Shown here: piece by piece, positions 61,153-64,000 of the stretch
How the letters are laid out: every line of letters begins with the position of its first letter
Position numbering within the stretch: the first letter of the stretch is position 1
NCBI RefSeq assembly: GCF_009914755.1
Contig: NC_060927.1
From: the human T2T-CHM13v2.0 reference genome, Homo sapiens
Length of the DNA stretch: 64,000 nucleotides
Direction: 5' to 3' (one strand)
Made by a program: the position numbers and the translations under genes
The notes under the pieces: generated by a model
Seen by the model: the letters and a program-made list of their open reading frames with translations, nothing else
What the model was told of the DNA's origin: nothing
Databases searched by the model: none

Positions 61153-61330
61153 CAGTGGTTCCCAACTTTGTCCACATACTGAAATCACCTGAGAAACTTT
61201 GAAACACACTAATGCCTATTTCTTGCCCCTCAGAGATTGTGATTTAATTTATCTGGGGTGTGGTACAGGCTCTGGAATTTTTAGAAGATCCCCAAGTAAT
61301 TCAAATGTGCAAACAAATTAGGAATTACTG
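61153..61330. mobile_element. MER5A/B-like
   Basis: CAGTGGTTCCCAACTTTG..AATCACCTG..TCTGGGGTGTGG..GGAATTACTG. Confidence 0.8.
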
Positions 61331-61472
61331 CTTCAATTCAAAGTTGAGCCTCAGAAACCTTAGGGAAGTCTCATCCATCTAGGATCCCCTGGGGCTTTGC
61401 AGTGAAATACAGTTCTGGATCCTTCTATGGATGCCCAGGGTCTACTGCAGTTAAAAAAATTCTAATAATGCT

Positions 61473-61755
61473 GGCTGGGCACAGTGGCTCACGCCTGTAA
61501 TCCCAGCGCTTTGGGAGGCTGAAGCGGGCGGATCACAAGGTCAGGAGATCGAGATTATCCTGGCTAACACCGTGAAACCCCATCTCTACAAAAAAAATAC
61601 AAAAAAATTAGCCAGGCATGGGGGCGGGTGCCTGTAGTCCTAGCTACTCAGGAGGCTGAGGCAGGAGAATGGTGTGAACCTGGAAGGCGGAGCTTGCAGT
61701 GAGCCGAGATTGTGCCACTGCACCCCAGCCTGGGCGACAGAGTGAGACTCTATCT

Positions 61756-61808
<53 letters not shown>
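61473..61808 (+). mobile_element. AluY with an (AT)25 tail
   Basis: AluY diagnostics; pure AT repeat at 61759-61808. Confidence 0.95.
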
Positions 61809-61814
<6 letters not shown>

Positions 61815-63070
61815 TCTTTCTACCTATAATAATTCTTTCTATGTGGAGTACATTTAAAAAAGGTTGACTTTTATAAGTTTTGAATAAGTGGAATCTGAAT
61901 TGGCAATGTTTTTTATTGTAATATAGTCCCTAAATTCTGTTCGCTGTCTAGTCATGCTACTTAATGTTCAGAAATAGAGGCTGAGTTTAAAAATGTCTTG
62001 AGGTGTTGCAGAATTCCTTACCAAGCACTCGCTAGCTCCTCTACCTCACCCCTCCTCATCAGAACCAAAACCTGGCGCTTTCCTAGTATTGAAAATTCAA
62101 CATACCTATGAATTCTTCCTAAAAAGCCTTTTTTTTCTATCAATTAGATAGGACAAATGTATTTTAATGAACAAATGGCATTTTAATAAAAAAAGTTCTT
62201 TTTTTTAAATTAGCTGATTCTATTAAGGTTCTAACAAGTAAAAATAATATTGCAGAGAATTATGCAATAAAAGCACCAGCCAGCTTGGTCTATGGAGTAA
62301 GCTTTGGAAATATGCAAATGGAATTTCACCAAGAAAAATATCCCTGAAGTGATAAAATTTTCTTTTAGATAGAGTGTGTCTGCGTGGGGAAAGGAACAGA
62401 TCTCTTCTCCATAAAAATGGATGCACTGAACAGTGTTTATAACAATTCTATCTCTTTGGTTTTTGTGTTTGGCAGTAAGACAGCAACTAATTTAGTTTTA
62501 TTTTAAAATTCCAGTGATTATAAGGTCTGCACATTCCTTGCGGAGTAGCTTTGTCTCTCTACTAGAGCCAGACACCATTTTTTCCCCCAACATGTGTGCT
62601 AGAAAACTTTAGCTGGTGGTGCTTTTTCTCTGTTTCTGTCTGAGTCAGAAGCAATGGAGTCAAAGCTGATTTTCTGAATTCAGTACTTTACCACACCTTT
62701 TTCTGAGCATTCTCAGGAGACAAATAGAAAAACTTCCATTTCTTTCTAGAGTTGCCTACTATCCACGTAAGAATTTGAATTATTGGTGAATTTTTCTGAC
62801 ACACTAAGAAGGTTTGCATGTACCAAATGCAGAGAAAATGTATTAGATAGAATGCGTGACTGCAATTAGTAGATGGCCATGGAGAATTGGTTAGCCATTA
62901 AAGACAGTTTATCATTTCACGCTCAAAATTCCAGGGTAGAGTTTTATTAGTGTTAGTTAATTTGGTGACATAATTTTGCCTTCAAAGATGTAAATTCTTT
63001 TTAATCTGTCTTTTTGTCTTCTTTATTTTTATTTTATTTTTATTATTTTTTTGCCATCCTCAGCTTGTGA

Positions 63071-63387
<317 letters not shown>

Positions 63388-63471
63388 CCTTGTCTTTTTC
63401 TTGTTGAAAAATGGCTACTATAGCTCTAACCATCATGTATGCACAAATCAAAGTTCAAAGGCTGAAGGCAG

Positions 63472-63894
63472 TGTGGAAGTGAGAAGTACAAAATAGAGTC
63501 ACGTGTCAAAACGCTAACCAAAATAGAGTTAGTGAGGGCCAGAACAAAGAAGCTGACGTACTTGCATCCTTGAATGTCTTGCTCATAGCTTGCAAACAGC
63601 AAGAAGAGCTTCTCACAGGAATTTTCTCTGGCCTGCAGTATTTCAGATAAGAACCTCAGATCAGGACAGTTGCCTACCAATGACTATCTCCCCCAGTGAA
63701 CTAATGGCAACTCCTGCAGTGAGTTTCTGAGACCAGTGAGCTTTCTTTCAAAGCGATTTGTGTGGGTGTCTTTCCTTTGTCTTAATTTTCCTTGGGTGTG
63801 CTGTACACCCCGGGTTACAACCCTTTGCTCTTCCCAAATGAAATCTTTTGTTCCAGACAGCCTGTCTGTCTGAGTTTCTTTTTTTAAGTTAACA
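63472..63894 (+). mobile_element. ERV1-class solo LTR (MER34/MER39-like, family uncertain)
   Basis: TG...CAAAATAGAGTCAC..GTCAAAAC...CTCTTCCCAAATGAAATC...TTTTAAGTTAACA. Confidence 0.6.
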
Positions 63895-64000
63895 ATGGCA
63901 TATTCGTTCTTTGTTCCTCTTGTATAAGAATGAAAAACACTTTCCTAGGACTCTACAACAAGCTTATTTTTGCTTTCTTTGACCAGAACTGCATAATTTG

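Overview
Hominoid, most likely human, non-coding DNA (intergenic or deep intronic). I could not identify the locus and found no credible host protein-coding exon, tRNA or rRNA. The supplied ORFs are explained by Alu, L1, MaLR, LTR12, low-complexity sequence or chance. The window is dominated by interspersed repeats: 15 Alu/FLAM/FRAM copies, a dense L1 cluster at 13.1-22.5 kb, two THE1 elements, a full-length ERV9 LTR12 nested antisense in one THE1 LTR, many older MLT1/MST LTRs, DNA-transposon fossils, MIR and L2. Repeat subfamily names come from recalled consensus diagnostics, not a RepeatMasker run. I see no convincing new biological system. The most notable observations are: (i) a twin-primed L1 with a short 3' transduction; (ii) a CpG-rich LTR12 convergent with a THE1 promoter; (iii) local copy events, namely two 87-89% identical short duplications and a 24-bp templated patch inside an Alu; (iv) apparent reuse of one endonuclease site by successive retroelements; (v) a few repeat-free, motif-rich blocks that may be enhancers.
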